A stretch of 64,000 nucleotides of DNA from Promethearchaeota archaeon (GCA_048938445.1 JBHLME010000004.1:1-64000), one strand, 5' to 3'. Counted from the stretch's first letter, positions 1 through 11,282 are shown. Numbers and translations are program-made. The notes: generated by a model from the letters alone, not told the origin.

Positions 1-65
1 AATATTTTATATTATCAAGTAGAAAATAAAAAAAAGTAAATTTAGTATTTAAATTGATAAAACAT

Positions 66-332
66 TTAAGCCATCGTTAGTAAGGATTGATTTTTAACCA
101 AGTATAAAGTAATCTCTTCAGTAATTTGGTCTATGTTAGTTATATATACCCTTTCTAAACGTTCCTTTAACGTGGTATTAAATACTTCTTTTAATTCATT
201 ATAATCTAACTGTTCTGGTGTTTTATTTGGAAATTTTTCCTTCACTGCAATGCGAATCATTCCCCGACAAGCTCTTGGGTCTTTATCTGTCAACTTTGAG
301 AGATACTCTCCAAAATAATTCGTGATATTCAT
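66..332 (-). CDS. Small helical hypothetical protein
   Basis: 88 aa ORF; ATGA overlap with the upstream membrane-protein gene. Confidence 0.7.
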   Translation of the reverse strand: MNITNYFGEYLSKLTDKDPRACRGMIRIAVKEKFPNKTPEQLDYNELKEVFNTTLKERLERVYITNIDQITEEITLYLVKNQSLLTMA

Positions 333-1072
333 ATCATCCCCTCCGTTATTTCATCTTCCGAAAGTTCCTCAATCATGACAGGAGATATATATCCTCGATT
401 ATAATATTTTTTAAGAAAGTTAGGCATAATCCAAGCAAGTGCTTCTCCAGTTATTCTTAAGACATTAACTACAGTGAGTATTAATAGCGACCAATTTATC
501 GTGCCTTCTAGTGGAGTAAAAGGTGTCAATAATCCTACTATGATTATAGAACAACTATAGAAAATGACCAATTTATAACGACCTTTTACCCATGGCTCAA
601 CTGCTTGACTTGAAATAAATGATCTTAAAGACTTTCCTGAAGCTATTAATGACCAAGACCCATAAATGAGGAAGAGACCTCCAATGAAGATATTATGAAT
701 AAAAAAAGCGACTTCCGGTTGTAGAATAGAGAATTCACGAATTAAATTAAAAGCAATTACCAAACCTCCTAGAATAAAAGAAAGTATAAGCAATAGTTTA
801 AAAGGAGACGTTCGATCTTTATAGAAAGTACGATCAATAAAAACAAGTATTACAATTAACGCAGTTATCGATGATAAATCATAGATCCATAGATTTTCCA
901 GGATTAAAAAAATTAATGAATTTGCATTTACTAAAAAGTATATTAGTAATATCAAAAGATTTTTTTTCCCCGTTTTTCTCCAGTTGATAAATACTGCCCC
1001 ACCTGTAATCAGTCGAACAGCTACAAATATAATAAATATGATAGCGGCCTGATACATAACATTTACCTCCAT
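329..1072 (-). CDS. Multi-pass (about 7 TM) membrane protein, possible sensor
   Basis: About 7 hydrophobic segments, acidic C-terminal tail. Confidence 0.7.
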   Translation of the reverse strand: MEVNVMYQAAIIFIIFVAVRLITGGAVFINWRKTGKKNLLILLIYFLVNANSLIFLILENLWIYDLSSITALIVILVFIDRTFYKDRTSPFKLLLILSFILGGLVIAFNLIREFSILQPEVAFFIHNIFIGGLFLIYGSWSLIASGKSLRSFISSQAVEPWVKGRYKLVIFYSCSIIIVGLLTPFTPLEGTINWSLLILTVVNVLRITGEALAWIMPNFLKKYYNRGYISPVMIEELSEDEITEGMI

Positions 1073-1098
1073 TTATCTATTTTTTTGTAAAAAAAAGT

Positions 1099-1271
1099 TT
1101 TTACATATAAAGTATAAAACTATGCATATTTAAATATTTTTATATGTAAAATCCCTTTTTATAAATAAAAAGTAAAATGCATATATCATCATTATAATAA
1201 GTTAATGAATCAAATATTTTAAAATAAGGATCAACTTTAAATATATGTAAAATCTCTTATAATATGTAAAA
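1099..1271. promoter_or_regulatory. Four copies of ATATGTAAAA in a divergent promoter
   Basis: Copies at 1099-1108 (reverse), 1142-1151, 1243-1252, 1262-1271. Confidence 0.55.
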
Positions 1272-1274
1272 AAC

Positions 1275-2174
1275 TTGGTGAGAGTCATTTCTAATCACAT
1301 TAAAAAAACAAAAGAAATGGAAAAATATGAAGAAGAAACAGGTAGGAAGGCAATCTGGAGAGATCAAATTACTAAAAGTTTTAAAAAATGGCAAAAAGGG
1401 GAAAAAGATTATAATCTAAAAAAGGATAGAATTTCTCTTTATGTCCCTGAAGGAATTAAAGATGAATGGATAAGATATGCTGAGGAAAATAATTATTCTA
1501 CTCTCTCTAAATTAATACGAGATAGTTTAAAGTTCTTTATGGAATATTCTTCTCAATTTTTCAATACAAATAAAAATATCAATATAGATTTTTTATCCCA
1601 ATTGTCCCATGATTTAAAAGATCCATTAACATCACTTAAGGCATATATACAACTAATTATTGAAGAATATGGAGAATCATTTGAAGAGAATATTTTAAAT
1701 ATTTTAACTAATGCTTTTAATCAATGCCTCAATCTTGAAAAAATAATAACCGAAAAATTAGATTCAAAAAGATCTGAACCAGTACAAAGTAGACATAAAG
1801 AAAAAATTGAATGTGATATTCTCTTAATCGAAGATGATATCGAAATTGTCAAATTTTTAAAAACTTATTTTACTTCAAAAGGATATTCGTGTATTACTGC
1901 GACTGATGGAACTGAGGGTATAGAAAAATTGAGAGAATATATCCCTAAATTAGTCTTATTAGATATTATTTTACCTGATATAAACGGGTATGAAATAATC
2001 AAGTCAATAAGATTAGATGAAAAAACAAATAGTCTTCCTGTATTTTTTCTAACTGCTATTCCAAGAGCGGAAGCACTTAAAAAAGCAGAAGAATTTAATG
2101 CAACTGCTCTTATATCAAAACCATTCAATCTAAAAGACTTTAATATTATTTATAAATATTTAAATCGTAAATAA
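1275..2174 (+). CDS. RHH-like + HisKA + receiver-domain regulator
   Basis: RISLYVP...LSKLIRDSL (ribbon-helix-helix-like), LSHDLKDPLTSL (H-box), ILLIEDD/LLDIILP/KPF (REC); no HATPase domain; TTG start. Confidence 0.75.
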   Translation: MVRVISNHIKKTKEMEKYEEETGRKAIWRDQITKSFKKWQKGEKDYNLKKDRISLYVPEGIKDEWIRYAEENNYSTLSKLIRDSLKFFMEYSSQFFNTNKNINIDFLSQLSHDLKDPLTSLKAYIQLIIEEYGESFEENILNILTNAFNQCLNLEKIITEKLDSKRSEPVQSRHKEKIECDILLIEDDIEIVKFLKTYFTSKGYSCITATDGTEGIEKLREYIPKLVLLDIILPDINGYEIIKSIRLDEKTNSLPVFFLTAIPRAEALKKAEEFNATALISKPFNLKDFNIIYKYLNRK

Positions 2175-2191
2175 TTATGTTTTTTCTTCCT

Positions 2192-4651
2192 TCATTTAAT
2201 ATTACTACAAAGTCTCACAGTAAAAGTAGCTCCTTTATTTCTTCCCTCTGATTCAAGAAATATTTTACCGCCATGTAGCTCTACAAACTCTTTAGATATA
2301 TATAAACCTAAACCTGAACCTTCTATATGCACGTCAAATCCTTTCCCAAATCGTTCAATCTTGCCAAATTTTTGGAATAACCTTGATTTTTCATTTTCGG
2401 TTAACCCTATTCCCGTATCTTTTACTATTATATCATTATATTCTTTTGATTCAACAATAGTAATAAAAACACTTCCTTTTGGAGGTGTGTTATTTATAGC
2501 ATTAGAAACGATATTAGTGATCACTTGTCCAATCCTAATTTTATCGATGTTTATGATAGACTCATAAGGGAGGTCCAAATTAATTTTTATATCTCGCTCA
2601 TTGGCGTAATATCTCAAATCATTTACACATTCTCTAATAAGTTCAGAAAGATTCTCTCGATTAACTTTTAATTCAAAAACATTTGATTCTATTCTAGAAA
2701 TGTCTAACAAATTTTCGACTAGACTTTTTAATCTTTTACTCCCTCGTTGTATTATTTCCACGAATTCTAAGATATCTTTAGTCATGTCTTTTTGATGGAT
2801 TTCTAATAGAGCCTGCGATGCACCATATGTGGATGTTACTGGCGTCTTTAATTCATGAGAGATTCTCGTTATCAATTCTTGGCGAATTTCGCTTAACTCT
2901 TGTAATTTTTTATTTTCTTCGATAATGAGCCTTTCTGCTTCCTTTTGTTCAGTGATATCTATGACAACTGCTTGAATGATTTCTTTATTTTGTAATCGTA
3001 TTGTAGAACTTTGCCAGTATATCCATATCACATTTCCATCTTGTCTTATTGCCTTGAATTTTATCGGCTCTAATTTTTTTCCTTTCCTTTGTTCCTCATA
3101 TCTCTTCGAGAAGATTTCAAGAATTTCATTGGAATTCTTGAATAATGGTATGATTTCGGTGAATTTTTTTCCAATACTCATTTCAATAGGATATCCTGTA
3201 AATGTATTAGATGCTGTAGTATTACCATCGATTAAAATTCCATTTATATCAAATAAAAAAATTCCAATTGGAGAATCATTAAAAATATTACGATATTTTT
3301 CTTCTGATTCTTTTACTTTTTGTTCCGCTAGCTTCCGATCAGTAATATCTAGAATAATTTCGATAGCAGTATCAATATTTCCACTCATATTTGGAATGGG
3401 AGCAGAAATTAATTCATAATATTTCCCATCTGAACCTTTTAACTCGAACGTCTCTATTTTATTATATTTTATTGCTTCTCTCATTGGACAAATCTCGCAT
3501 GGTTCTCTTCTTCCCATGTACTTTCTATAACATGATTTTCCAGAAAGGTCTCCAAATCGATCCCTTAAAACCTTATTTTGAAAAAGAACTTTATAGTCTT
3601 TTGTTACAATATCTATCCCAATACTTGCACTAGTTAATCCATCCATAATAGCTTGTAATTTATCTCTTTCTGATTTCATTGCATCCTCGGCCTTCTTTCG
3701 GTCAGAAATATCATCAAAAACGGTAATAAAAATGCCTTTTTTTTGAGATATCACGGAAATTTTGAAATATATATTCATTGGTGCATAATACGTTTCAAAC
3801 GTGAGAGATTCTTGCGTATTCGCGACTCTTGAATACACATCGAGATAAGGAGGTGGCTCAACTAGGTATACCTCAGTACCTTTCCTATTTATAACATCTT
3901 TTCTTTTAAGTGAAATAATTTTTTCATATTGAGGATTTACATTTGTTATGATATAATCAATAGGATTTCCTTTATTGTCGTAAACAATTTCATGATAAGC
4001 AACTCCACTTGTCGCACTATTAAATAACACTTGAAATTCCTGCTTGCTTTCCTTTAATCTTTCTCTCGATTTGAGTAATATTTTTTCAGTATATGTAATA
4101 AGTGGAATGAATATGAAAAATGCAATAAATAAAATCGTGCTTATATAACTTAACTCCCAAGCTCCTACAATACCAAAACTATCTAAAAGACCATTGAAAA
4201 GAGAAAATCCTCCAGATCCTTGAAATAACATTATATTTATATGCCTGGGTGTTTTAAGTTTAAAAAATATTTTTAATTGTAGAAAACACACCATAATCAA
4301 CAAGATAATGATTAAAAGCTGAACCCCATTTAATATTATAGTTGTAAAACTAAAAAAAAATAAGGGGTATATATTTACCTTTAGTTTATTCATTCTAAAG
4401 ACTTCTCTATATTCAAGAAAGGTACCAATCATAGTTAGAATGATTGTCATAAAAAAAATAAGATTTCCAACTAATCTAAAGGAAGGATCAAAATGATGCA
4501 AGTAATAGATAAAATATCCTAGTGGAACTAAGGGATAAGCAGGAACATAATATTTTAACTCTCTCGTTTTTGTATAAACCAGAAAAAAAATTATAACTCC
4601 AATTAGAGCAAAAATGGATATTTGTAAATCTAAAATTGGTTCATTTATCAT
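2192..4651 (-). CDS. Membrane PAS-domain sensor histidine kinase
   Basis: N-terminal TMs, PAS/PAC repeats (DITDRK), SHELKTP H-box, NAIN, DTGIG, GSGLGL. Confidence 0.92.
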   Translation of the reverse strand: MINEPILDLQISIFALIGVIIFFLVYTKTRELKYYVPAYPLVPLGYFIYYLHHFDPSFRLVGNLIFFMTIILTMIGTFLEYREVFRMNKLKVNIYPLFFFSFTTIILNGVQLLIIILLIMVCFLQLKIFFKLKTPRHINIMLFQGSGGFSLFNGLLDSFGIVGAWELSYISTILFIAFFIFIPLITYTEKILLKSRERLKESKQEFQVLFNSATSGVAYHEIVYDNKGNPIDYIITNVNPQYEKIISLKRKDVINRKGTEVYLVEPPPYLDVYSRVANTQESLTFETYYAPMNIYFKISVISQKKGIFITVFDDISDRKKAEDAMKSERDKLQAIMDGLTSASIGIDIVTKDYKVLFQNKVLRDRFGDLSGKSCYRKYMGRREPCEICPMREAIKYNKIETFELKGSDGKYYELISAPIPNMSGNIDTAIEIILDITDRKLAEQKVKESEEKYRNIFNDSPIGIFLFDINGILIDGNTTASNTFTGYPIEMSIGKKFTEIIPLFKNSNEILEIFSKRYEEQRKGKKLEPIKFKAIRQDGNVIWIYWQSSTIRLQNKEIIQAVVIDITEQKEAERLIIEENKKLQELSEIRQELITRISHELKTPVTSTYGASQALLEIHQKDMTKDILEFVEIIQRGSKRLKSLVENLLDISRIESNVFELKVNRENLSELIRECVNDLRYYANERDIKINLDLPYESIINIDKIRIGQVITNIVSNAINNTPPKGSVFITIVESKEYNDIIVKDTGIGLTENEKSRLFQKFGKIERFGKGFDVHIEGSGLGLYISKEFVELHGGKIFLESEGRNKGATFTVRLCSNIK

Positions 4652-4975
4652 GATTTATACAAATTTGTAAGTATGCCCATATATCACTTATCCAATGAAT
4701 AATCCAAAAACTTGAATTTAAACTTTAGTAAAAAATGAAGCAAATTAATTAAGAGAATTTGAGAATTAAATATTTTATTCTACTTTTTATAGTTACAATA
4801 TTAAATATGCTCTTTGAATTGAGGATATGCTTTCAAGATTAATTAAAAAAACTAATTTGACCTCGAAGAAATTGAAAGTATAAAATTTTAATAAAATGAG
4901 ATATACTAAACGAACTATACGACTAAAATTTGAAATTATAAAATGAAAAATAATAATTACATATTTTTTTAAAAA

Positions 4976-6016
4976 ATGAAGTTTCTTGTTACTGGTGGAG
5001 CAGGTTTTCTTGGCATTAACCTCTGTAGATACCTTCTTAAGAAAAACCATGAAGTTCGAAGTTTAGATATAGCTGACTTCGATTATCCTGAAAAAGATAA
5101 AGTAGAATGCATTAAGGGGGATATCCGGGATGAAAAAGTGGTCAATAATATGATGAAAGGAATCGATATTGTCATCCATTGCGCTGCGGCCTTACCATTA
5201 TATAGTCCAGAGGAAATTTATTCTATAGATGTTCTTGGCACTGAAACCGTGATGAAATCAGCACTTCATAACAACGTGAATCGAGTCGTGATGATCTCGT
5301 CAACAGCTGTGTATGGTATTCCAGATCATCATCCTTTATACGAAAACGATCGCCTGGATGGAGTAGGGCCATACGGGGAAGCAAAAATATTGGCAGAGAA
5401 AATCTGTTATAAATATCGAAATAAAGGACTGTGTATACCTATTTTACGGCCTAAATCGTTTATTGGAGAGGAGCGCCTTGGTGTTTTTGCTATCTATTAT
5501 GATTGGGTAATAAGTGGTAAAAGTGTACCAATTGTTGGAAATGGAAAGAATCGGTATCAACTCTTGGATGTTCAAGATCTATGTGAAGCTTGCTACCTTG
5601 TTTCTACATTGCCAAAAGAAACTGTAAACGATATTTTTAACATTGGAGCAGAAAAATTCACCACTATGAAAGAAGATTTTGGAGCGGTCTTAACTGTGGC
5701 AGGTTTTGGAAGGACAATCATTCCTACACCCCCTAAATTAACCATATGGATGTTAAGAATCTTAGAAAAATTGGGTTTATCGCCATTATATAAGTGGGTT
5801 TATGAGACTGCCCCCGAAGATTCGTTTGTTTCGATTGAGAAAGCGAAAAATATATTAGGATTTAACCCTAAATACAGCACGAAAGCAACATTGGTAAAAA
5901 CTTATAACTGGTATAAGAATAACTATGAAAAGACGATTAATAAAACGGGTATTTCCCATCGTATGCCATGGTCCCAAGGAATACTCAAATATGCTAAAAA
6001 TTTGATGATAATATGA
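4976..6016 (+). CDS. NAD-dependent epimerase/dehydratase (extended SDR)
   Basis: TGGAGFLG and YGEAK (YxxxK). Confidence 0.9.
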   Translation: MKFLVTGGAGFLGINLCRYLLKKNHEVRSLDIADFDYPEKDKVECIKGDIRDEKVVNNMMKGIDIVIHCAAALPLYSPEEIYSIDVLGTETVMKSALHNNVNRVVMISSTAVYGIPDHHPLYENDRLDGVGPYGEAKILAEKICYKYRNKGLCIPILRPKSFIGEERLGVFAIYYDWVISGKSVPIVGNGKNRYQLLDVQDLCEACYLVSTLPKETVNDIFNIGAEKFTTMKEDFGAVLTVAGFGRTIIPTPPKLTIWMLRILEKLGLSPLYKWVYETAPEDSFVSIEKAKNILGFNPKYSTKATLVKTYNWYKNNYEKTINKTGISHRMPWSQGILKYAKNLMII

Positions 6017-6080
6017 TTAATTTCTTAAAAAAGTAAAATTTTTTGTTTTTTTAAAAATTAGGATAAAAATAATATTTGAA

Positions 6081-7133
6081 CTAATACATCTGAGCAATAG
6101 ATATTTTTTTAATTGAATTATACGCAGCTTTTAAGCATTTTTCAGCGTCATCAACAATAGAATTAATGATTTCAGAAACAGTTTCTACGCGATTCACGAG
6201 ACCAATACTCTGCCCTATATAAACAATTCCTTCATCGACATTACCTTGATATGTCTTTTCTAAATCCTGAGTTTCTTTTTCTAATTCCGTGATCGAAATC
6301 TCTCCAGATTTTTTTTCTTCTTTATTTTGAACAAGTTCTTGATTGCTTGATTTTTTGTTTTTATATACCCTTGCTGGTCCAAATATGCTAGTTTTTAATT
6401 CCGTGTCAGTGGCATCAGATTTTGTAACTAAGTTTTTATAATTATCATGAAATTCACATTCTTTTGTTGCAATAAATCGAGTTCCCATCGCAATTGCTCC
6501 TGCTCCCATTGTTATTGCCGCAGCTAAGCCTTCTCCCGTCGCAAATCCTCCAGAAGCAATAATAGGTAGGTCTGGAAACCTCTTTATTATTTGTTGTAAC
6601 AGTATTATAGTACTGATATTATTATAGGATTGATGCCCACCACCTTCTCCCCCCGCAGCCATTACTCCATCAACACCCATTTGTATTACCTTTTCAGCCA
6701 TTTTTAAAGTAGGTGTCACATGGTAATGTTTAATGTCCGAACCACTTTCTTTTAGTTTTTCAAAATATTTATTGTAGATTAATCTTGGAGAACCTGCACT
6801 GGTAATTAATAATACACATTGCTCCTTAATCTTGGGATTGTTCATGATGAATTGAGGAAGTTTTCTACATAATTTTACCGCATCAGGTTGTAATCGGGCA
6901 GTTCTGATATTAAATCCGAATGGTTTATCTGTATGTTCAACAATATATTCCATGCTCTGCTGGATTCCATCTAAACTAACAATTTCATGTAATGTTATAT
7001 GGCTTAAAATCCCCAATCCTCCTGCTTCTGAAACTGCAGTGGCTAATTTTGTTGTATAAAAAGGACCCATTGGTGCATTTAACACGGGATGTTTTATTCT
7101 AAACATTTTAGTTATGTTTGTTTCTATAACCAT
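6081..7133 (-). CDS. Nitronate monooxygenase/FabK-like flavoprotein
   Basis: NAPMG, GGEGGGH, ASGG, MGTRF motifs. Confidence 0.85.
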   Translation of the reverse strand: MVIETNITKMFRIKHPVLNAPMGPFYTTKLATAVSEAGGLGILSHITLHEIVSLDGIQQSMEYIVEHTDKPFGFNIRTARLQPDAVKLCRKLPQFIMNNPKIKEQCVLLITSAGSPRLIYNKYFEKLKESGSDIKHYHVTPTLKMAEKVIQMGVDGVMAAGGEGGGHQSYNNISTIILLQQIIKRFPDLPIIASGGFATGEGLAAAITMGAGAIAMGTRFIATKECEFHDNYKNLVTKSDATDTELKTSIFGPARVYKNKKSSNQELVQNKEEKKSGEISITELEKETQDLEKTYQGNVDEGIVYIGQSIGLVNRVETVSEIINSIVDDAEKCLKAAYNSIKKISIAQMY

Positions 7134-7185
7134 TTTAATTCACCCCTTTACAAATTATATGGTTTACTATTTTTTTATTTAATTA

Positions 7186-7214
7186 AAAACTGCTTTAATT
7201 AAATAAGCAGTTTT
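7186..7214. promoter_or_regulatory. Inverted repeat AAAACTGCTT-N9-AAGCAGTTTT, candidate operator
   Basis: Perfect 10-bp arms 53-81 nt upstream of the 7133 start. Confidence 0.45.
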
Positions 7215-7426
7215 AAGAATTAATGCATGTGAATATTTAAGTCTTTGCTTAAGTAAAAATCATTTTACGTCAGTAATTCCCCGCTAAATTATACTCTTAA
7301 TTTTTTTCTATTTTTATTAAGAGAAGACTGAATATAGGTCTTTGATGATTATATTTTATTTATATATGGTTGAAGAACTGTAAATTAAAAAAAGAAATAA
7401 AAAACCTATTAATTAAAAAATTAATA

Positions 7427-8779
7427 TTATAATCTAGTAATGTATCTATCTCGTTCCCATTGAGAGACATTAGTCCGATATGCGTCAAATTCCTCAAGCT
7501 TAGCGTAATAAAAGTTCTTGAATGGTTCTTCACCAAAGACTTCCTTCATATATTCAGATGATTTGAATTCAACTAAAGCTTGTCTTAAGCTTCCTGGTAA
7601 TGAGATGATTCCGGATTTCTCCAAGTCTTTGGATGAAAAATGATAAACATTTTGATCTGTTGGTTGAATAATCTCTATGTCATCTGATAAGATACCCTCC
7701 AATCCTGCAGATAAAAGCACTGCGAATTGCAAGTAAGGATTTCCCGCGGGATCGGGGCATCTAATTTCACAGCGAGCAGCATTTGGTCTACCATGAAAGT
7801 CTGGTACTCGAATCAATGGAGACCTATTTCTGAAACCCCAGGCAACATACACTGGTGCTTCATAACCGGGGACTAATCTTTTATATGAGTTTGGCCAGCT
7901 GCTCAACACGGCACACATTGATTTTGCATGTTTTAGTTGTGCTGATATCCATTTCTTCATCATCATTGAGATACTATCCTTGTCTTTTTCGTCGTAAAAT
8001 ATATTTTTACCATCTTTCCATAAGCTCTGGTGAACATGCATTCCCGAACCGTTTATCCCTGGAAATGGTTTTGGCATGAAGGTAGCAGTCATGCCATTCT
8101 GGGCAGCTACCGTTTTAATTATTGTTTTAATTGTAATGGTATTGTCTGCGGATTCCACTGCTTTATCATATTTAAAATCAACTTCATGCTGGCCGAAGGC
8201 AACCTCGTGGTGTAAAGCTTCGATTTCTATTCCCATTTTATCACAATAATTTGCAATAGTATATCGCATCATCTCGTTAATATCATATGGATCATAATCG
8301 AAATAACCTCTCAAATCTGAAGGTTTAAATGCTTCTTTAGTATCTTTATTCAAGATGAAAAACTCCATTTCAGGAGCACAATAAAAACTTAGTCCATGAT
8401 CTTCTGCTTTCTTCACTGCTTTTTGAAGAATATATCGAGGATCACCCTCATACCTCTCTCCATCTGGTTTATAAATATCACATATAAATCGAGCAACTTT
8501 TTTCTCCTTCCTCCATGGCAAGAGATAAAATGTTGATGGATCAGGTAACGCAACCTTGTCGCTCTCTTCAATTGCTCCATACCCCGTGATGCTGGAGCCG
8601 TCAAAATTTTCTCCTTCTTCGAGAAAATCTTCAATCCGTTTTGCGTTTATTTCAAAGGATTTGATGATACCATGAATGTCGGTAAATTGGAGGTAAATAA
8701 ATTTGATATCTTGCTCTTTTACCGTCTCAATCACGTTATTACAAATTTTTTTCCTGTTTGGATCGGTTTTTTCAATCAT
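7427..8779 (-). CDS. glnA: Glutamine synthetase type I (alpha-like)
   Basis: FDGSSI, HHEVA, ATFMPKP, NGSGMHVH, SYKRLVPGYEAP, NRS. Confidence 0.95.
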   Translation of the reverse strand: MIEKTDPNRKKICNNVIETVKEQDIKFIYLQFTDIHGIIKSFEINAKRIEDFLEEGENFDGSSITGYGAIEESDKVALPDPSTFYLLPWRKEKKVARFICDIYKPDGERYEGDPRYILQKAVKKAEDHGLSFYCAPEMEFFILNKDTKEAFKPSDLRGYFDYDPYDINEMMRYTIANYCDKMGIEIEALHHEVAFGQHEVDFKYDKAVESADNTITIKTIIKTVAAQNGMTATFMPKPFPGINGSGMHVHQSLWKDGKNIFYDEKDKDSISMMMKKWISAQLKHAKSMCAVLSSWPNSYKRLVPGYEAPVYVAWGFRNRSPLIRVPDFHGRPNAARCEIRCPDPAGNPYLQFAVLLSAGLEGILSDDIEIIQPTDQNVYHFSSKDLEKSGIISLPGSLRQALVEFKSSEYMKEVFGEEPFKNFYYAKLEEFDAYRTNVSQWERDRYITRL

Positions 8780-8810
8780 TGTTAAAAAAATCTTATGTAA
8801 ATTTTTAATA

Positions 8811-8861
8811 TTGTTATGATCAAAAAGTGCATTATACTTTAAATAGTTATATACTTTGATT
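8811..8861 (-). promoter_or_regulatory. glnA promoter with a conserved 23-bp element (copy 1)
   Basis: TTGTTATGATCAAAAAGTGCATT (8811-8833), 22/23 identical to 17419-17441, next to a TATA-like box. Confidence 0.65.
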
Positions 8862-9094
8862 CATTAATTTTCCAAAAAATATATCAAATTTACATAAATC
8901 CTCAAGAAAAATATATCATATTTATATTAAAATAATAATAATCTTATGTAAAAATTCATTTAATTGCTTATAATATCTACTATTGTATTAAGGTTAATTT
9001 TTTAAAATTAAATATCTTATTAGGTTTTTAAATATCAATCTGATCATTTTTCTTTGAAATTGTAAAACAAACATACTAGTTTTTTTATATTTTA

Positions 9095-9610
9095 ATGCCT
9101 ATAAATCTAGTAATGTCAAAGTATAATCTAATTGATCTAGATGAAACAGATCTTGAAATTTTAAAAATACTCTGTAAAGATGGACGAAAATCTCATAGAA
9201 GCATCGCAGATGAACTTCAAAAATCTCCCGTCACGATTAAAAAGCACGTGGATAAGTTAGAAGAGGGAATCATAGATAATTATGGTGCGACAATTAATTA
9301 TGACAATTTAGGGTACGATATCATCGCATTTATTGAATTAACGATATCTAAAGGTAAAATGTTGGAGGTTGAGAAGGAAATTGCCCATTATCCAAATATT
9401 TTCGGTGTTTTTGACGTTACTGGTACGTATGATGCGATCTTACTAGGTAGGTTCAAGACAAGAAGTGAACTGAGTGAAATGGTAAAAAAAATAAATTCAT
9501 TCGAATTTATTGTAAGAACCAACACTCATTTAATACTAAATGTAATAAAAAATGGGACGGATTTCACTAGCTTAATTGAAGAAGAGAACAAAAAAGCTCA
9601 AAAACAATAA
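9095..9610 (+). CDS. Lrp/AsnC family regulator
   Basis: LDETDLEIL...DGRKS HTH; VTGTYD RAM domain; divergent from glnA. Confidence 0.92.
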   Translation: MPINLVMSKYNLIDLDETDLEILKILCKDGRKSHRSIADELQKSPVTIKKHVDKLEEGIIDNYGATINYDNLGYDIIAFIELTISKGKMLEVEKEIAHYPNIFGVFDVTGTYDAILLGRFKTRSELSEMVKKINSFEFIVRTNTHLILNVIKNGTDFTSLIEEENKKAQKQ

Positions 9611-9632
9611 GCTTTTCTATATTTTTTCACTT

Positions 9633-11282
9633 TTAAAAATTTACTCGTTTTAAAACAGGATATCTTCTTCCAATTCCAAATGCACTTTCGCTTACTTTAA
9701 TTGATTGTACCAATTGTCTACGCTTATATTCCGAATTTAAATACAATTTTCTTACTCTATTAATTGTATTTGAATCAATTCCCTGTGTCTGTAAATGGGA
9801 TAATTCAGATCCTATCCCGTATTTTACAATTTCTTCTAAAATTTTATCTAATACTTCATATGGTGGGAGTGAATCACTATCCTTTTGATTTTCACGCAAT
9901 TCAGCAGTTGGTGGTCGTTCTATTATTCCTTTCGGGATTATTTCTTCGTTTTTATTTATCCATTCGCAAATTTCATAAATCTGAGTTTTAAAAAGATCGC
10001 CGGGTATATTTTTCCCTCCATTAGTATCACCATACAACGTGCAATATCCAACACCAATTTCAGATTTGTTACCCGTGGAGACTAATAACCAATTAAACTT
10101 GTTTGAATAGTACATTAGAATGGTGGCTCTAATCCGTGCTTGTAAATTTTCATCGGCAATGTCAAAATCCACGCTTCCAAGATTTTTTTTGATGTCATTT
10201 TCATAAGTTGCAAAAAGATCATCGATTGGATGGATAATGTATTTTATATTAAGGTTATTACATAGCTCTCTTGAAAGATCTATACTTTCTTGTGAAGTAT
10301 ATCTAGTAGGCATCATTATCGCTGTAACTTTATCTGATCCTAATGCTTTAGCACTGATATATGCAGTAAATGCGGAATCAATACCCCCACTTAAACCCAA
10401 TACAACACCTGAGAAAATAGCACTTTTGTGATAATAATCACAGAGGTTTAATTTTAATGCACCTAACACTTCTTCCCTCCAGTCTAGTACTGGTTGAGAA
10501 GATCCAATAATTCCATCAGCATCCAAATTCATCTCAACTTCAGTGATGTGTTCTTTAAAAGCTTTGGCTTGATACATGACTTGACCTGATTTATTCGTAA
10601 TAAAACTTTGCCCGTCATACACTATCTCATCAAGGCCACCTACCATGTTCACATATATGATTGGGATGGAAAATATTTTCGATTTTTTTTTTATTAGCTC
10701 ATGCCTTAACGTGATTTTATTAATATGATAAGGAGAAGCATTAATTACTATCAAAATTTCAGCACCATTTGATACGAGGTTATTTGTAACCTTTATATCA
10801 TACGTGTCATCCCACACGTCTTCGCAGACTAAAATCCCTACTTTTACTCCCTTAATCTCAATGGGTTTAAACTTATTATCAAATGAAAAATATCTACGTT
10901 CATCGAAAATATCATAATTAGGTAAAAGTCGTTTATTTTCAATATGTTTTATTTCATTACTCTCAATGATAACCGCTGAATTGTAAAATGGTTGGAATTT
11001 TCCACTTAAATTTGAAGGTTGAGTGAAAGTGCCTACTATAATCGTTGCTTTAGTTTTTATACTTCTTATTCTATTCAATGCTTCTTGGTTTTTCTTTTGT
11101 ATTAAAGGATCATGAATATGATCCATTAAAGGATACCCAACCAAGCTCATTTCGGGGAAGATAATAATATCAGCATTAGGATGGGTTTTAATAACATTAA
11201 TAATCTTATTTGCATTATATTCAATATCCGCAACGATCGGATTTACTTGTCCTAATACCAATGTTAATTTTTTTATTACCAT
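9633..11282 (-). CDS. nadE: Glutamine-dependent NAD+ synthetase
   Basis: Nitrilase domain (FPE, K, CED) plus GLSGGIDS, NLQARIR, TGNKSE, PPTAEL. Confidence 0.93.
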   Translation of the reverse strand: MVIKKLTLVLGQVNPIVADIEYNANKIINVIKTHPNADIIIFPEMSLVGYPLMDHIHDPLIQKKNQEALNRIRSIKTKATIIVGTFTQPSNLSGKFQPFYNSAVIIESNEIKHIENKRLLPNYDIFDERRYFSFDNKFKPIEIKGVKVGILVCEDVWDDTYDIKVTNNLVSNGAEILIVINASPYHINKITLRHELIKKKSKIFSIPIIYVNMVGGLDEIVYDGQSFITNKSGQVMYQAKAFKEHITEVEMNLDADGIIGSSQPVLDWREEVLGALKLNLCDYYHKSAIFSGVVLGLSGGIDSAFTAYISAKALGSDKVTAIMMPTRYTSQESIDLSRELCNNLNIKYIIHPIDDLFATYENDIKKNLGSVDFDIADENLQARIRATILMYYSNKFNWLLVSTGNKSEIGVGYCTLYGDTNGGKNIPGDLFKTQIYEICEWINKNEEIIPKGIIERPPTAELRENQKDSDSLPPYEVLDKILEEIVKYGIGSELSHLQTQGIDSNTINRVRKLYLNSEYKRRQLVQSIKVSESAFGIGRRYPVLKRVNF

